Below, in pieces: positions 28,632-40,928 of a DNA stretch of 64,000 nt. This stretch comes from Auanema rhodensis (lineage: Eukaryota; Animalia; Nematoda), in contig OZ059897.1 in the NCBI GenBank assembly GCA_964057225.1, positions 11,842,001 through 11,906,000 on the forward strand. Reading direction: 5' to 3'. Made by a program: the position numbers and the translations under genes. The notes beneath the pieces were generated by a model, which worked only from the letters and a program-made list of their open reading frames with translations, was not told the origin of the DNA and did not search any database. Every line of letters begins with the position of its first letter. Positions within the stretch are counted from its first letter, which is position 1.

Positions 28632-30317
28632 ATGCAGACCGCTATCAACGGCTCAGCTTACGACCTTGCCTATTGTCCAGATAGTGCTGTTCCTGAAGCT
28701 AAAGGCTGGTTCATTGTTTGCTCATACGGTATAGGTGCGAGCACTTTGATATTTGGAATCTACTGTTCACGTCTGATGATTAACATATTAACAGATGAAT
28801 ATGGATCATTTATTAAATATATTTATGTTTATCATATATCTTGTATGATATCCGGAATAGTCGTTTCATTATTTGGGGTAATAATAGGTAAAATAGTCAA
28901 GAAATATGAATTAGATTTAGGCTCCAGTATATTATCTGCCACTGTTGTCTGGATATAGCATAGGTTTTTGGAATTATCTATCTCTTCCATTTTTATATCA
29001 AACATATATTAATATTTTTCTTCATTTTGCTGGATATGCCATCTGTATCATGTTGTTTTTCTATCGATATTGGATAATTCGAGCAGGAAACTACGATATT
29101 AGATCTTGGATATTTCGTTTGGGAGTTATAGTAATAAGCCTGACATCTGTTGTTCCATTATTAATCGTTATGATTTTTATTCCGCATGATTTATCCAGTT
29201 TAGACAGTTTGGTTAAAGTATGTTTTGAGAAAAACTGTTCGAAATTTTCTCTTCTAGTCATGTCCAGCTTATTCTACACTTCTGAACATTCCAAACGCAG
29301 CTAATATAGGAAGATATCACAATGAATTTTTTCTTCGAATGGATGTCATTTTATTTTTTATAATTTCTGTACTTTTCATAATATCTTTATTCATTCTAAA
29401 ACACTTAATTATAAGTAATTTGGATAAACAAAAGTTATCAATGTCTCAGAAGACATTATTGCTTCATCGAAAGCTACTTCGAGCTCTTCAGTTCCAGGTT
29501 ATTTTATGACAATTTAATCATATTATTGTAACCAAAAAGATGTTTGAGGCGCAAAACAAAAATTGCGATTACTATTTGAATGAATATAATAGAGGAGACA
29601 GATAGTGTGATAAATTCAAAACAGAGCAAATTATATTCGATAAACTCTATAAACTTTTCAGCAACTGAGAAACAAAAATTAAAATTGTATTCAAAGCACA
29701 AATTAAAATTAAATGATCCCTAAACGAACAATAAAATAGCCTAAAAGTATAGAATAACTAATAACTAACTAAAATAATTGTAAGGGTTCTTAATGTGTTC
29801 TTTTCTATTCTGAAACATAAAAACACCGCATTTTCTTATACATAGACGTAATATTTATAATTAATTTAAGGCTTTTGTTCCAAGTAGCTTTGTAGCTGGT
29901 CCAATTGTAATATTCTATATTATTTTGTATTTCGATATACCTGCACCTCTAGGTTTCACAATGTACTTTAAGTGAAATATTTAAATAAATTTCAGAAATT
30001 TCCCATTTATTGATTACATGTACACAATTGCATGGAATAGCTAATACAATAGGGATTATAGTTCTTAATAATACTTTATTAACTCAATTCATTCAAGGTA
30101 TTCTGAATATGTTTTCAAATAACAAGCAGATTCCATTTAGATTTTCTTAATCTAGTGGGTGTCAAGGAACAATTGGTTCTGAAATCATCATTATCCACGG
30201 TTCTGAAATTATCATTTATATCAAAGGTTTGGCGTTTGTCCACAGATTCATCTAAATTATTTTAAATTTCAGAAATCATCTACACTAACAACAACTAGTA
30301 CTGTTCATCCAATTTAA
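28632..30317 (+). CDS. Serpentine chemoreceptor, Str superfamily (Srh/Sri-like), intact, 7 exons
   Basis: APVYYLPLLSGYSIG, MLFFYRYW, MSQKTLLLHRKLLRALQFQAFVP, LHGIANT. All exons splice in frame to TAA 30315-30317. Confidence 0.88.
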
Positions 30318-31214
30318 GTTATTTAGTTATTAGTTAGTTATTTACTCATGCATTATTTATTTTATTTTTATGGAATTATAATTATATTCTTCTAGCTGAT
30401 ATACTGTAGTTGTGTTTTTGACGCTAGTTTAATCCTACACTCAAACTCCGATATTAACAATAAGCTGTCAAACAACCTGGTAATTGCTTTGTAATGTAAG
30501 ACGGAAATGATGAATTAACGATAAATAACAGTCAACTTAGAACTTATTCTATTATATGTAATAAACAATTTAAATACCGAATTATACCTGTCACTAGCCA
30601 TACAGAAAAATATAATCTTCGAGTTTGAAACTAAATTCTATAAGATAAACAAGAAAGCCATAATTCTGAACTGTGAAACTAAAAAATATTCCATGTACAA
30701 GCATGTTGAAACATTCATCATCTATTATTTCCTTTCTGATCTTTGATTTCTCCTTTGTGTTTATAAACGTCTTCTTTCCAATCTTTTCAATATCGATGAG
30801 TCATCGTAACACCCATATGAAATACGGAAAACAATTTTTAGTGTTTATATATAGAGAAATTGAATATGTACTTCCGATTGGTCCGGAGGTTGTGGGTTAT
30901 CATGTCAAACCCCTCCCATAGCCACAATCTTGACTTATCTTTTTCAGGTTTTTGTGAAAAAATTTGAATATGCATAAGTATTTATAGAATTTATTATTCC
31001 TTTTCCATTATTTTGTTTTTATTGCTAAAAATTAGAAAAAATTAGCTTTATCCTACCGCATTGAAATCAGGCTGCCCTATCTGGTCTAGAAAGACACAGG
31101 GAAACAATACAAAACATATAATATTCCTTTTTGGAGCCCTATTATTTTGTACAATTTTAGAATCATTATTTTTCTGGGCGCTTTTTCCGTTTCTATACCC
31201 CCCGTTTTAAGCCC

Positions 31215-31676
31215 CGCCCCTTTTGCCGTTAGGCACATACTTTTATTAAAATGTGATACCTACATGAGATACTGTGGTGTCCAGATATCCACAAATGTTC
31301 CATTTTTTTCATAATTTCCCTTCTACGGTCTTATATGGTACATCTCCACTTATTTCGAGCAAAAGAAAGACTCATTTTTCGTTAACATCGCTCACATTCG
31401 TTAGTCTCAAAGACTATACCTTTCTCTTGCAAGAATTGAATGACATCAGCTTCAGTACAAAGCCGTTCTTTTAGAGCAAACATTTAGACGAAATATGGTT
31501 GATAATGTAGATGCAATAACCAATAATGATTTAGTTTTTATATCATAATATATTTAAGGTTTATTATACTTATTATAGCTACCCCCATAGGGGGGAAAAC
31601 CCCCCCCAAACCCCCCTGTTTTAGGAAGGGAAGTCGAATGATAGAAAAGTATGCTCCCAACGGCAAAAGGGGCGCC
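31215..31676 (-). mobile_element. Internally deleted Merlin/IS1595-like DNA transposon truncating the second chemoreceptor
   Basis: Inverted termini CGCCCCTTTTGCCGTT(A/G)GG..CATACTTTT at both ends. Internal decayed ORF from 31483 (MFALKERLCTEADVIQFLQEKGIVFETNECERC*RKMSL...WRC) resembles the Merlin N-terminal zinc ribbon. Confidence 0.72.
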
Positions 31677-31726
31677 TTAAACATCTTTTTGGTTACAATA
31701 ATATGATCAAATTGTCATAAAATAAC

Positions 31727-32597
31727 CTGGAACTGAAGAGCTCGAAGTAGCTTTCGATGAAGCAATAATGTCTTCTGAGACATTGATAACTTTTGTTTAT
31801 CCAAATTACTTATAATTAAGTGTTTTAGAATGAATAAAGATATTATGAATAACGCTCCACTCAGACAAAATATTAAATTTTCCAGACGAAGTGATAATTC
31901 CTGTTGAAATCTTCCTATATTAGTTGCGTTTCGAATGTTCAGAAGTGTAGAATAAGCTGGACATGACTAGAAGAGAAAATTTCAAACAGTTTTTCTCAAA
32001 ACATACTTTAACCAAACTGTCTAAACTGGATAAATCATGCGGAATACCCGGCATAACCGCCAGAAACGGTACAACGTATATGAAAAGATTCATTAGAATT
32101 CCGAAATAAAATAAAAAAGAACTCGAATTAGAATTCTGGCCGCGAACTATCCAGTATCGATAAAAAATAGAATTTGAATCACACCAAGGATCACTAGATG
32201 TGAAAATGCGTTCAAATAATATTGCGCAAGGAATGAAATATTTAAATAATTTAAAAGACCAATACTACATCCAGACATAAGTGGCAGATAATATACTGGA
32301 CACTGAATTCTTTTTATTTTGTTTGTTTATTTTTCAATAATCAAAACATACACTTAGCAAGGAAATAATAACTGATGATAATATACTGTAAACATGATAA
32401 ACATAAATATATTTAATAAATGATCCATATTCATCTGTCAATGTTTTAATCATCAGACGTGAACAGTAGATTCCAAAGATTATCGTAATAATACCAATCG
32501 AATAAGAAGAAACGAAATACCATGATTTAACTTCGGGAACTGGCCTATCCGGACAGTAACCGAGCTCATAGCCGGAACCATCCACTCCTGTCAACAT
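31727..32597 (-). pseudogene. Inverted paralog of the Srh/Sri-like receptor; frameshifted and 3'-truncated
   Basis: Exons 1-3 are homologous to 28632-29497. A 1-nt frameshift lies at ~32162-32167, just before YRYW. Exons 4-7 are absent beyond the Merlin remnant. Confidence 0.85.
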
Positions 32598-32651
32598 TTT
32601 CCACTACCAACTAATCCGAATACTGTGAGTTTAAACTGTAAGTTATATATA

Positions 32652-32975
32652 CAGTCCTGTGCGATGAAGGTTGCACACCCCTATGTTAGAGGCCCCAGAG
32701 TTCCCCTTCAAACTACAAAAAAAAAATTTTTTTTAATTTCAAAAATTTTGCGAGTTCATATAGTTTATATTCAGTCAAAATATATGTTAATATAACTAAA
32801 ACTGATTTCAATATTTTTTTTCTAAATTTATAAAGAAAAATAGTGTTTTTTGAATATTTTGAATAATTCATTTTATTGTAACAAAATTTGAAATTAGGAA
32901 CATGTTAATTCATTAAAAATATTTTAAAATGTTTCTAAGCATCAATTCAAAGTTCGATGAATAACTACGTTTTTG
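32652..32975. mobile_element. Second, truncated copy of the Tc1-type element, inverted relative to 26890-27264
   Basis: TA-CAGTCCTGTGCGATGAAGGTTGCACACCCCTATG... is near-identical to the reverse complement of ~27070-27264, with identity decaying further inward. Confidence 0.85.
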
Positions 32976-33531
32976 AGTGCAGCATAGCTTCAAACAAGTA
33001 AGCTTCAACATCTGAATCTTACTGAAAATCTAGAAGAAGAGAACTTGGTCAACGTACAACCAAAATCTCCCATTCAAGAGAAAAATAGACGTTTAGTGTA
33101 CTCCTATCATTCTATGCGAAAATTATTTCTGAAGTCTAAATGAAACTCATGAAAAAAAGAAGATTTCAAGCACTTCATGAAAATTTCAGAGACTTCAGAA
33201 AATACTTTTAAACATAATTTTTTGATTGTTTCAATTTTTTTCTGAATTCATTATCATTTATTAACACTTAAAATATAGTTCTTCTGAATTTTTGTAATTT
33301 GTCTCGAAAGATATAAAGCTAAGCTTGCCAAAATATGCCGGAAGATTTTTGACACGATTGTATGCTCATCGTAGTTGGTACACAATATAAAGAAAAACGC
33401 CTGCAAAAAAAATATTTAGTTTTGCTACGAATAGTTTAAGATAAGTCAAGTGTATATAGGAGGGGTTTGACAAGGCAAACTGACAAGTTTACCAAACTAG
33501 GTTCACCTAGAAATAGACTTGTCATCTGTCT

Positions 33532-34170
33532 TTGCAAATCATTGTATCTTTTATATACTGGTTGAGTTATGAGATGACCATCATCAATTTCTGTGAACTA
33601 GGAATACGTTTACACCGCACTACTGTTGATTATAATAATTTTCTTCGAGAAGTGTGTGCCTGGCGTCTCCTAGAAGATCCTGTAGTAATTGGTGGCCCTG
33701 GCTGTATTGTAGAAGTGGATGAGAACTTAGTTTCAAGAAGGAAATACAACGCAGCACGCCTGAAGAAGCAAACTTGGGGTTTTGGTGGTGTATGGCGCGA
33801 AACCAAAGAATGTTTCATCTACGTTGTCCCCGATCGAACTAAGGAAACTCTCGAAGCTTGTATCAGAGAATCAATAAGGGAAGGTTCAACTATAATTTCA
33901 GACTGTTGGAAAACTTATAAGAATTCCACTAATGGGCATGAACTACACCTATATCACTGTAAACCACTCAAAGAACTTTGTCGATCCGAAAACAAAAGCA
34001 TGCACTAACCGAGTTGAATCAAAAAAAACATTGCGAAGATGAAATTAGAAAAAATGTGTGGTGTTTCTGAAGGAATGGTAGATGGATATCTTTGCGAATT
34101 TATGTATAGAAAACGATATGCTGGAGAAAACATTTTCTTCAAAATTTTAGATGATATAAGCTGTTGTCAA
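33532..34170 (+). pseudogene. Merlin/ISXO2 (IS1595-like) DDE transposase, frameshifted
   Basis: IGGPGCIVEVDENLVSRRKYN, WGFGGVWRETKECFIYVVPDRTKETL, GSTIISDCWKTY; shifted frames continue VNHSKNFVDP...TNRVES and GYLCEFMYR. Confidence 0.9.
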
Positions 34171-34619
34171 AAATCAAAAAATAAATAAAAATTACATGTT
34201 AACCCAATTCTAGTTTTAATACTAAGCATTAATTATAAGCTTATATTATTAATTATAAGAAGATAAGTTATATAGTTTGAGGTTGGGTATTCAGATGTGT
34301 AGAATCTGAATTTCTTAGTCAGATTTGGCTGTGCCTTCTGCTTTTACCGGAAGAAAAGTTTATCTCCACCCAATAACATTTATTATTAATAATCGGTAAC
34401 AACCAATTATCAAAAATGTTAGATTGAACAATGAAAAAATGTTATTAACAAAACAAATAAAAAATGACTTTCACGTGAACTTTCACGTGTTCTATAATAA
34501 CAATTCAAAAAATACTAAAGATTTGTTATGAAAGTATATTTTGACAGCTGACGCCCTCAAAAGTATGTTTTTAGCAACTGTTTCGGGGCGTGGTTAGTAA
34601 ATTCGGCATGGCTCTCTAC

Positions 34620-34768
34620 TACTGTATGGTTGCAACCGCGTATGCTGAAGCATCAGCAAAGGTGCTATCCAACTCTCTCCAGTATTACCGTTGCACTGTC
34701 TTTATCGTTGACTTGCTCATGATCTTATAATCTTCGTTAGCCATCCGACACACTTTTCCTGTTGTATT
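34620..34768 (-). mobile_element. Probable BEL/Pao LTR retrotransposon RNase H fragment
   Basis: Minus frame IKTVQR*YWRELDSTFADASAYAVAT resembles the Pao RNase H F-x-D-A-S-x-x-A motif. Confidence 0.45.
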
Positions 34769-34771
34769 ATA

Positions 34772-35127
34772 TTAGGTGTGCCAATAAAAACGTGGACACA
34801 GTATGTCAAAATAATTAAAACACCCCTTCTTGGGCTTAATTACAGCAGATCCTGAGCTGTAGATTCTCTAGTCCTAAGATTGCTCTCAGACAGGAGATGT
34901 GGGGAAAACAGAGTAATGTTATGAATTTTCCCCATTTTTTAAGCCGGAGAAAAACAGCAGTTCTGCTGGCCTTCAGTATTTTCCTGATCTGGAGTTGGGT
35001 TGCTTCAGAAATTTGATCGAGAGCATTCTGAAGATGAGAATCACAAAATTTCTGACGGCACCGGTCTCTGACGATCTGTGAGATCGATCTCGCTGGTTTT
35101 GAAGCGGGTAAACCACTTCTCAAATGT
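34772..35127 (-). mobile_element. Deleted mariner-type element (N-terminal HTH remnant fused to 3' end and TIR)
   Basis: TA-TTAGGTGTGCCAATAAAAAC TIR at 34772. Minus frame TFEKWFTRFKTSEIDLTDRQRP resembles the mariner HTH W-F-x-R-F-K...D-L-x-D-x-x-R-x-G-R-P. Confidence 0.7.
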
Positions 35128-36180
35128 TCTGAATAAGTGATAATCGGATGGAGCAAGGTCTGGTGAGTACGGTGGGTGCCTCTTTTTTCTTCTTCTCTTT
35201 ATCTCTCCTGTTATTGAAATGCTATATTAAGTGCGCAAAAGTTACTGGCCCTCCTCCCGCCCACACGCACCCACCTCATATTTTGAAACGTGTGTCCAGA
35301 AACTCTTAAAAATAGAAAATTGTTCCCCTCATTCTCCAAGGCTTTCTGCCAGTTCTCAACCAATTTTTCATTCTTTTTTTTTGAGAAACGTCTTAGGTTT
35401 TGATTCCAAGAAGTTTTTCAAGAAGGCTTCGACCTTCTCTTTATTTTTTAAGATTTTACCCTTCAAAAAATGCTCCATCAATCTGAATAAGTGATAATCG
35501 GATGGAGCAAGGTCTGGTGAGTACGGTGGGTGCCTCTTTTTTCTTCTTCTCTTTATCTCTCCTGTTATTGAAATGCTATATTAAGTGCGCAAAAGTTACT
35601 GGCCCTCCTCCCGCCCACACGCACCCACCTCATATTTTGAAACGTGTGTCCAGAAACTCTTAAAAATAGAAAATTGTTCCCCTCATTCTCCAAGGCTTTC
35701 TGCCAGTTCTCAACCAATTTTTCATTCTTTTTTTTTGAGAAACGTCTTAGGTTTTGATTCCAAGAAGTTTTTCAAGAAGGCTTCGACCTTCTCTTTATTT
35801 TTTAAGATTTTACCCTTCAAAAAATGCTCCATCAATCTGAATAAGTGATAATCGGATGGAGCAAGGTCTGGTGAGTACGGTGGGTGCCTCTTTTTTCTTC
35901 TTCTCTTTATCTCTCCTGTTATTGAAATGCTATATTAAGTGCGCAAAAGTTACTGGCCCTCCTCCCGCCCACACGCACCCACCTCATATTTTGAAACGTG
36001 TGTCCAGAAACTCTTAAAAATAGAAAATAGTTCCCCTCATTCTCCAAGGCTTTCTGCCAGTTCTCAACCAATTTTCTCATTCTTTTTTTTGAGAAAAAGA
36101 TTTTACCCTTCAAAAAATGCTCCATCGATCTAAATAAATGATAATCGGATGGAGCAAGGTCTGGTGAGTACGGTGGATGC
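35128..36180. repeat. 354-bp tandem repeat (2 identical units, 1 shortened unit, partial 4th) made of mariner 3' end + TIR + flank
   Basis: Units start 35128, 35482, 35836. Identical ORFs at 35231 and 35585. Each unit encodes HPPYSPDLAPSDYHLF on the minus strand and carries TA-TTAAGTGCGCAAAAG. Confidence 0.93.
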
Positions 36181-37441
36181 TTCGGGAGCTCCCATCAATT
36201 TTCCTCCACAAGTCGACAAACGTCTTGAGCCACATGAGGCCGCGCGTTGTAGATTTTTTTTGGGTTTTTGTTGGCGTTTCTATAAAAAGGCCTCTTATAG
36301 CCGCCGTTGAATTTGTTCGGCATATAGCGTAATAATTCTTAACAATTCATAACTTTTTCTCCTTCATCCTAAAAACAACATAACATCACCTTTTTTTTCT
36401 TTTTGTTGGTTTTAGATGTTAGGCAGTGCTTCACCTGGAGTTACATAAAGTTTTTTTGCTGCATTCTGAAAAAAGATTCATTTTTCATCGACAGTGATTA
36501 AACCAGCGAAAACCCCTCTTTTTTTAGCCATATTAAACAGGTTTTTGGAACAACTCATTCTCGCCGACTTGTTAGAAGGGCTGAGAACATGAGGGATTTG
36601 AGGGAACATTTTTTGATCTTAATTATTTTTTTCAGGTGTCGCACACCTAACACATCAGCCAATTGTTGTAGTGAGCTTACTAAAGAGCCTTTAAGAGCTT
36701 TTTCATGTTTATCGTTCGGCAACTTTAGCGGTCTTCCTGAACTTGGAAAGTCTCCCAGATCCAAGTTGTTAGATTTAAATCTAACGTACCATGATTTACA
36801 GGTACTATAAGAAAGTATATCTTCACCATAAATGGATTTGAGAAGATTATAAGCTTTCAAGGCATTTAAACCTTGATTGAAATACAGCTTTAGGCAGTTA
36901 CGCATGTGTTGCTTGTCGAAAGCCATTTCAGAAAACAAGAGCAAAAACGAAAATAAAAGTGAAAAAAAGAATAAAAGAATAAAATAATATAATAATAATT
37001 ATAATAATTTTAGCTTAAATTTAAAACTATTTTTCTGTCTACTACAGTTCATTCCCCCCCCCCCCCCTTAAACTCCGCCTTTTTTGCAAAAACCGCGCAG
37101 TTCAACATTTTCGCAGCTAAAATGTTGGGCACGCACCAGCTTTGCATAAACCAGCGGGAGTGCTCTATGCCTTATCCGGGGCGTCCCCCCCAGATAAAGA
37201 GAATTGACATATGAAATTTATGATGTTTAATTTTGATAATGTCTAATTTTTATATTTTCATGCATATACATCTTTACTTTAATCTCCATCCTTATACTTA
37301 ATACTAATTAATTTCAAGCAACTGCGCACGTTTTTGCAAATGGGGCGGGGCTTAATTGGGGGGATGGGGTATAAACCGTAGTAGAGCTCAATTTTTTAAA
37401 TATAATTTTGAGTGGGTGGTCAAAAACTTGCGCAGACCTAA
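35935..37441 (-). mobile_element. Degenerate mariner (DD34D) transposon with a MITE inserted in its 5' UTR
   Basis: ATG ~36927 MAFDKQHMRNCLKLYFNQG...CKSWYVRFKSNNLDLGDFPSSGRP, ITVDEK, NARPHVA, HPPYSPDLAPSDYHLFRSM. TIRs TTAAGTGCGCAAAAGTTACTGGCC (35935) and TTAGGTCTGCGCAAGTTTTTGACC (reverse complement, ending 37441). Confidence 0.85.
37038..37385. mobile_element. MITE (~350 bp) with GC-rich TIRs
   Basis: TCTACTAC...C-tract...TTAA.C.CCGCC...TTTGCAAAAAC..GCGCAGTT at both ends in inverted orientation. A partial third TIR copy lies at ~31190-31225. Confidence 0.72.
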
Positions 37442-38182
37442 TGTTTGTGCCATCTCTGAAGCATGTATCCAGTGGTTGGTAATCTGTATATCTTTTGCGA
37501 TGTTCTGGCGTTGATTCACAGTTTTCATTGATCCAGGATCCTTCATAGGCTTTTATTTTCATTATAGGCCCTGCGATCTTGCAATTGACAAAATGTTTAC
37601 CGCTGTAGGTGAAGTATCTGACTCGCTGTCACTTGGTGGAGCCATGTCGAAAAATTACTTCTGTGCATTCGTATTCGGTACAGTTTACTGTATTTTTGTC
37701 TATTTCTATACTCTGTTTCTTGCTCGTTGGCGAAGTTCTTCACACGACTCTTCTCGCTTCTACAGGAAGAGTGTAGTATATCCATGTCTGATGAAATCTT
37801 AGGGTGTCTGCAGTCTTTCTAACTGCCACGAGCGTCTGGGTCTCTGTATTGACTTGAGTTCGTGATCTCGGACAAAACATATCTGCATACAGATCTGCCC
37901 TAATGAACCAACGTGTGCGCGAACTATTCCTGCGTACTCGGATTCTGCAGATTATAGTGTGGCTTTCCCTCGAAATCTAAACGCAATGGAGCTTTTCTAG
38001 AGTCTAGGTACACTACAATAACTTGGTGATCAACTGATATTTGAATCTCAAAACACACCTCACAATTACAACCCTTTTCTCCGCCAATCAGACCTTGTAT
38101 ACCCTTATTTGGCTGCTGTAAGTTATCAAAAAATAGTTTTCATATATTGATATCGCTCACGAGAGCGACAATGTTTAAATCG

Positions 38183-38183
<1 letters not shown>

Positions 38184-38259
<76 letters not shown>

Positions 38260-38266
38260 ACTCTCC
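38184..38266. repeat. (CT)n microsatellite
   Basis: Long perfect CT run. Confidence 0.95.
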
Positions 38267-38714
38267 ATAGCTACCTTTCTATAGTATAGCTTTTCTTTTT
38301 TCCTAATTATCTATTTCATAATAAAAAATAGTAAAAAAAAACAATTTTTATTTATGTATTATTATTCAAAGAAAAATAAAAAAAATTAGCACCAGTTCGA
38401 GTTTGAGCTACATACTATAAACAGTTATTCACAAATTATCTAATCAAATACGTACATGTTAATAATTATGAAGACAAATAATGAAATGTAATATATATAT
38501 ATATATAATACATAACCATTTTCATATAAAACTTAATTTTGTTGTTTAGATACCCGTTATATGATATTGAGAATGAATTACAAAAATATCATTGAACTAA
38601 AGGATAATTTGACATATTTCTTTTACATAATATATGTAATAGTCAAAGTTATTCAAAGATATACTATAAACTATATGTCTTATACTTTTTCTTAAAAGCA
38701 AATTCGAACATATA

Positions 38715-40880
38715 TCAGTTTTGGGGAACAACTTTGTTGTTACGTAATATATTTGATGTTGTGTTTGCAACTGAATCAACATCTGCTGGTGGTGTAGTCA
38801 GACGCATTTGTGGTGCACGTACAAATCGAACAGATGAGCTGATGGGAACGGTCGCTGATGCTGAAGCGGATGAAACAGCTATATTGGAAGCAGGTGGAAG
38901 ATCTTCAACATGCTTACCTGGCTCATCTCGAGCCGAAGTCACAATGGCTGTTGATGACGACGACTGCGACGACTCATTTGGTTCCGTGTCATTTGCACGT
39001 GATGCATCATTGTTGATATCATTAGTTGATGTTTTAACATAGACTAAACCACGATTTGATTGTGTTTGTGGTTCAATTTGTATAGAAGTTGAATGATTGT
39101 TTGAATTATTTGGATAATTCAAAGATTGTGGACCCTTTGATGATAAAGATGACGGTGATGATGTTCGATTAGTTGATACACGACGATGTTGTAAAACATT
39201 TGCAGTTGTTCCATTATTAATATCTAAAATGAAATATTTTTAATTCTAAAAGAAGAGATATACATACTTCCATTATTAAATTGTGCTGATGCTATGGCTT
39301 CTTCTTCTAATCGTTTTTGACGAGCTAGCTCCATTCGTTTTGAACGACTTTTTGATTTAGCCAACATCTTCCACTTAGCTATTGCCTTGGTAACAGTTTG
39401 AAAAGTTCTAAATTTGATTTATTCTTAATTAACTTGAATATATATTTCCGAATTAACCTAGTGCTCAGAGGCTTTTCCACAACATATCGAGCAACGTTAG
39501 TTCCTGCCAAGCCATGTTCAATGACGTCAGCACCAATTTGTTCCTCATAATCGGTGACACGCAAACCAAGAGGACTTTTAGATATTAACTAAATATGGAA
39601 TATATAATATAGTTAAAATATAAGAAACATACCACTAAAACTAAAAGTCCAAATAAGGCACTATATAGTAATATAGTTACAGTACACAGTAGCTGTATAC
39701 CTAGAAGAGTTGGATCACCAGAATATAGTAAACCAGATCGATATCCTGTAGCTCGATGCTAGAAGCATTTTTAAAAATTACAAAAACTAGCACAAATCCA
39801 AACCAAATATTTATCTTTTTCACAAAATATACCAACAGCAATCATGCCCCATATCGATGATGTTAAATGAATTGGTACTATTCCCACAGGGTCATCAATT
39901 TTGAATCTGTAAATGAACAAAAAAAAATTTTTGAAAATCTTATATAATAATTTTTAATTACTTTTCCAATAGTGGAAGAACGGAAATTGAAAAGGCTGCT
40001 GAAACGCCGCCTATGATTAACGCATGCCATGGGCGAGAAACAGCACAAAGAGCTGAAATTGTTGTTCTTTATACGAAATCCCTGATGGCGATATGAAAAA
40101 AACCTGTTATTGACACAATTGAAGATAATATTCCATTTATTAGAAAATTAACTTGCAGCTTTTTTGTTTTCACAAATGATATTACTATAGATGTAACTCC
40201 GCCGCCTATAGAACTCATAATCGTAGCTACAGCTGCTCTAAAAAAATAAAATCGATATTTTTTTTAATAATTAATAAATGCTCATGCTTTAATTGTTGAA
40301 AAAAAACGAAAAAAAAATTGAAATAGTTGCACACCTTGCTCCTAATCGCCATCTTCCTCCAGTTATACCCCATACTGAGCCAGCATTTATTCCAAACCAA
40401 CCCCACCATAACAGAAAAGTTCCTAAAAAATAAAATATTTTATGTTTAAAACTTTTTTTGTTTTTTTTTTGTCTTTTTTTGTTTGTTTTTTTGGAAAAGA
40501 ACAAGAAAAATGTTACCTAGTAAGGCATTTGTTGGTGAACTCATTTGATGAACACTATCCTCATGAAAACGGTTTCTTCTTGGTTTCAAATACACCGTTG
40601 CAATTAAACCAATAATTCCACCAACCATATGAACCTGGATTTGAATAATTTTCTTCCTTTTTCATCATTTAAAACATAAAAAAATCAAAAAAAAAATAAA
40701 ACTTACAGCTGAACAACCTGCAAAATCTACGACACCCAGCTTATTAAAAAACCCTTCACTATCCCATACCCAGTGAGCAGGAAGAGCTTGAATTAAAATT
40801 ACAAGACATCCCAATAATATATAAGATTTTAGTTTAGCTCTTTCAGCAACAGCACCTGAAATTTAAAAAGAAGATTTTAA

Positions 40881-40928
<48 letters not shown>

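Noticed and set aside
35128-36180. Tandem array considered as CRISPR-like or as a repeated 87-aa plus-strand gene
   Set aside because: There are no unique spacers, and the plus-strand ORFs are antisense to mariner sequence.
38734-39042. Antisense ORFs over real exons (also 47317-47592, 49443-49917, 51186-51446, 21845-22105)
   Set aside because: Shadow frames of amt-3, ubc-6, aka-1 and the K2P gene.
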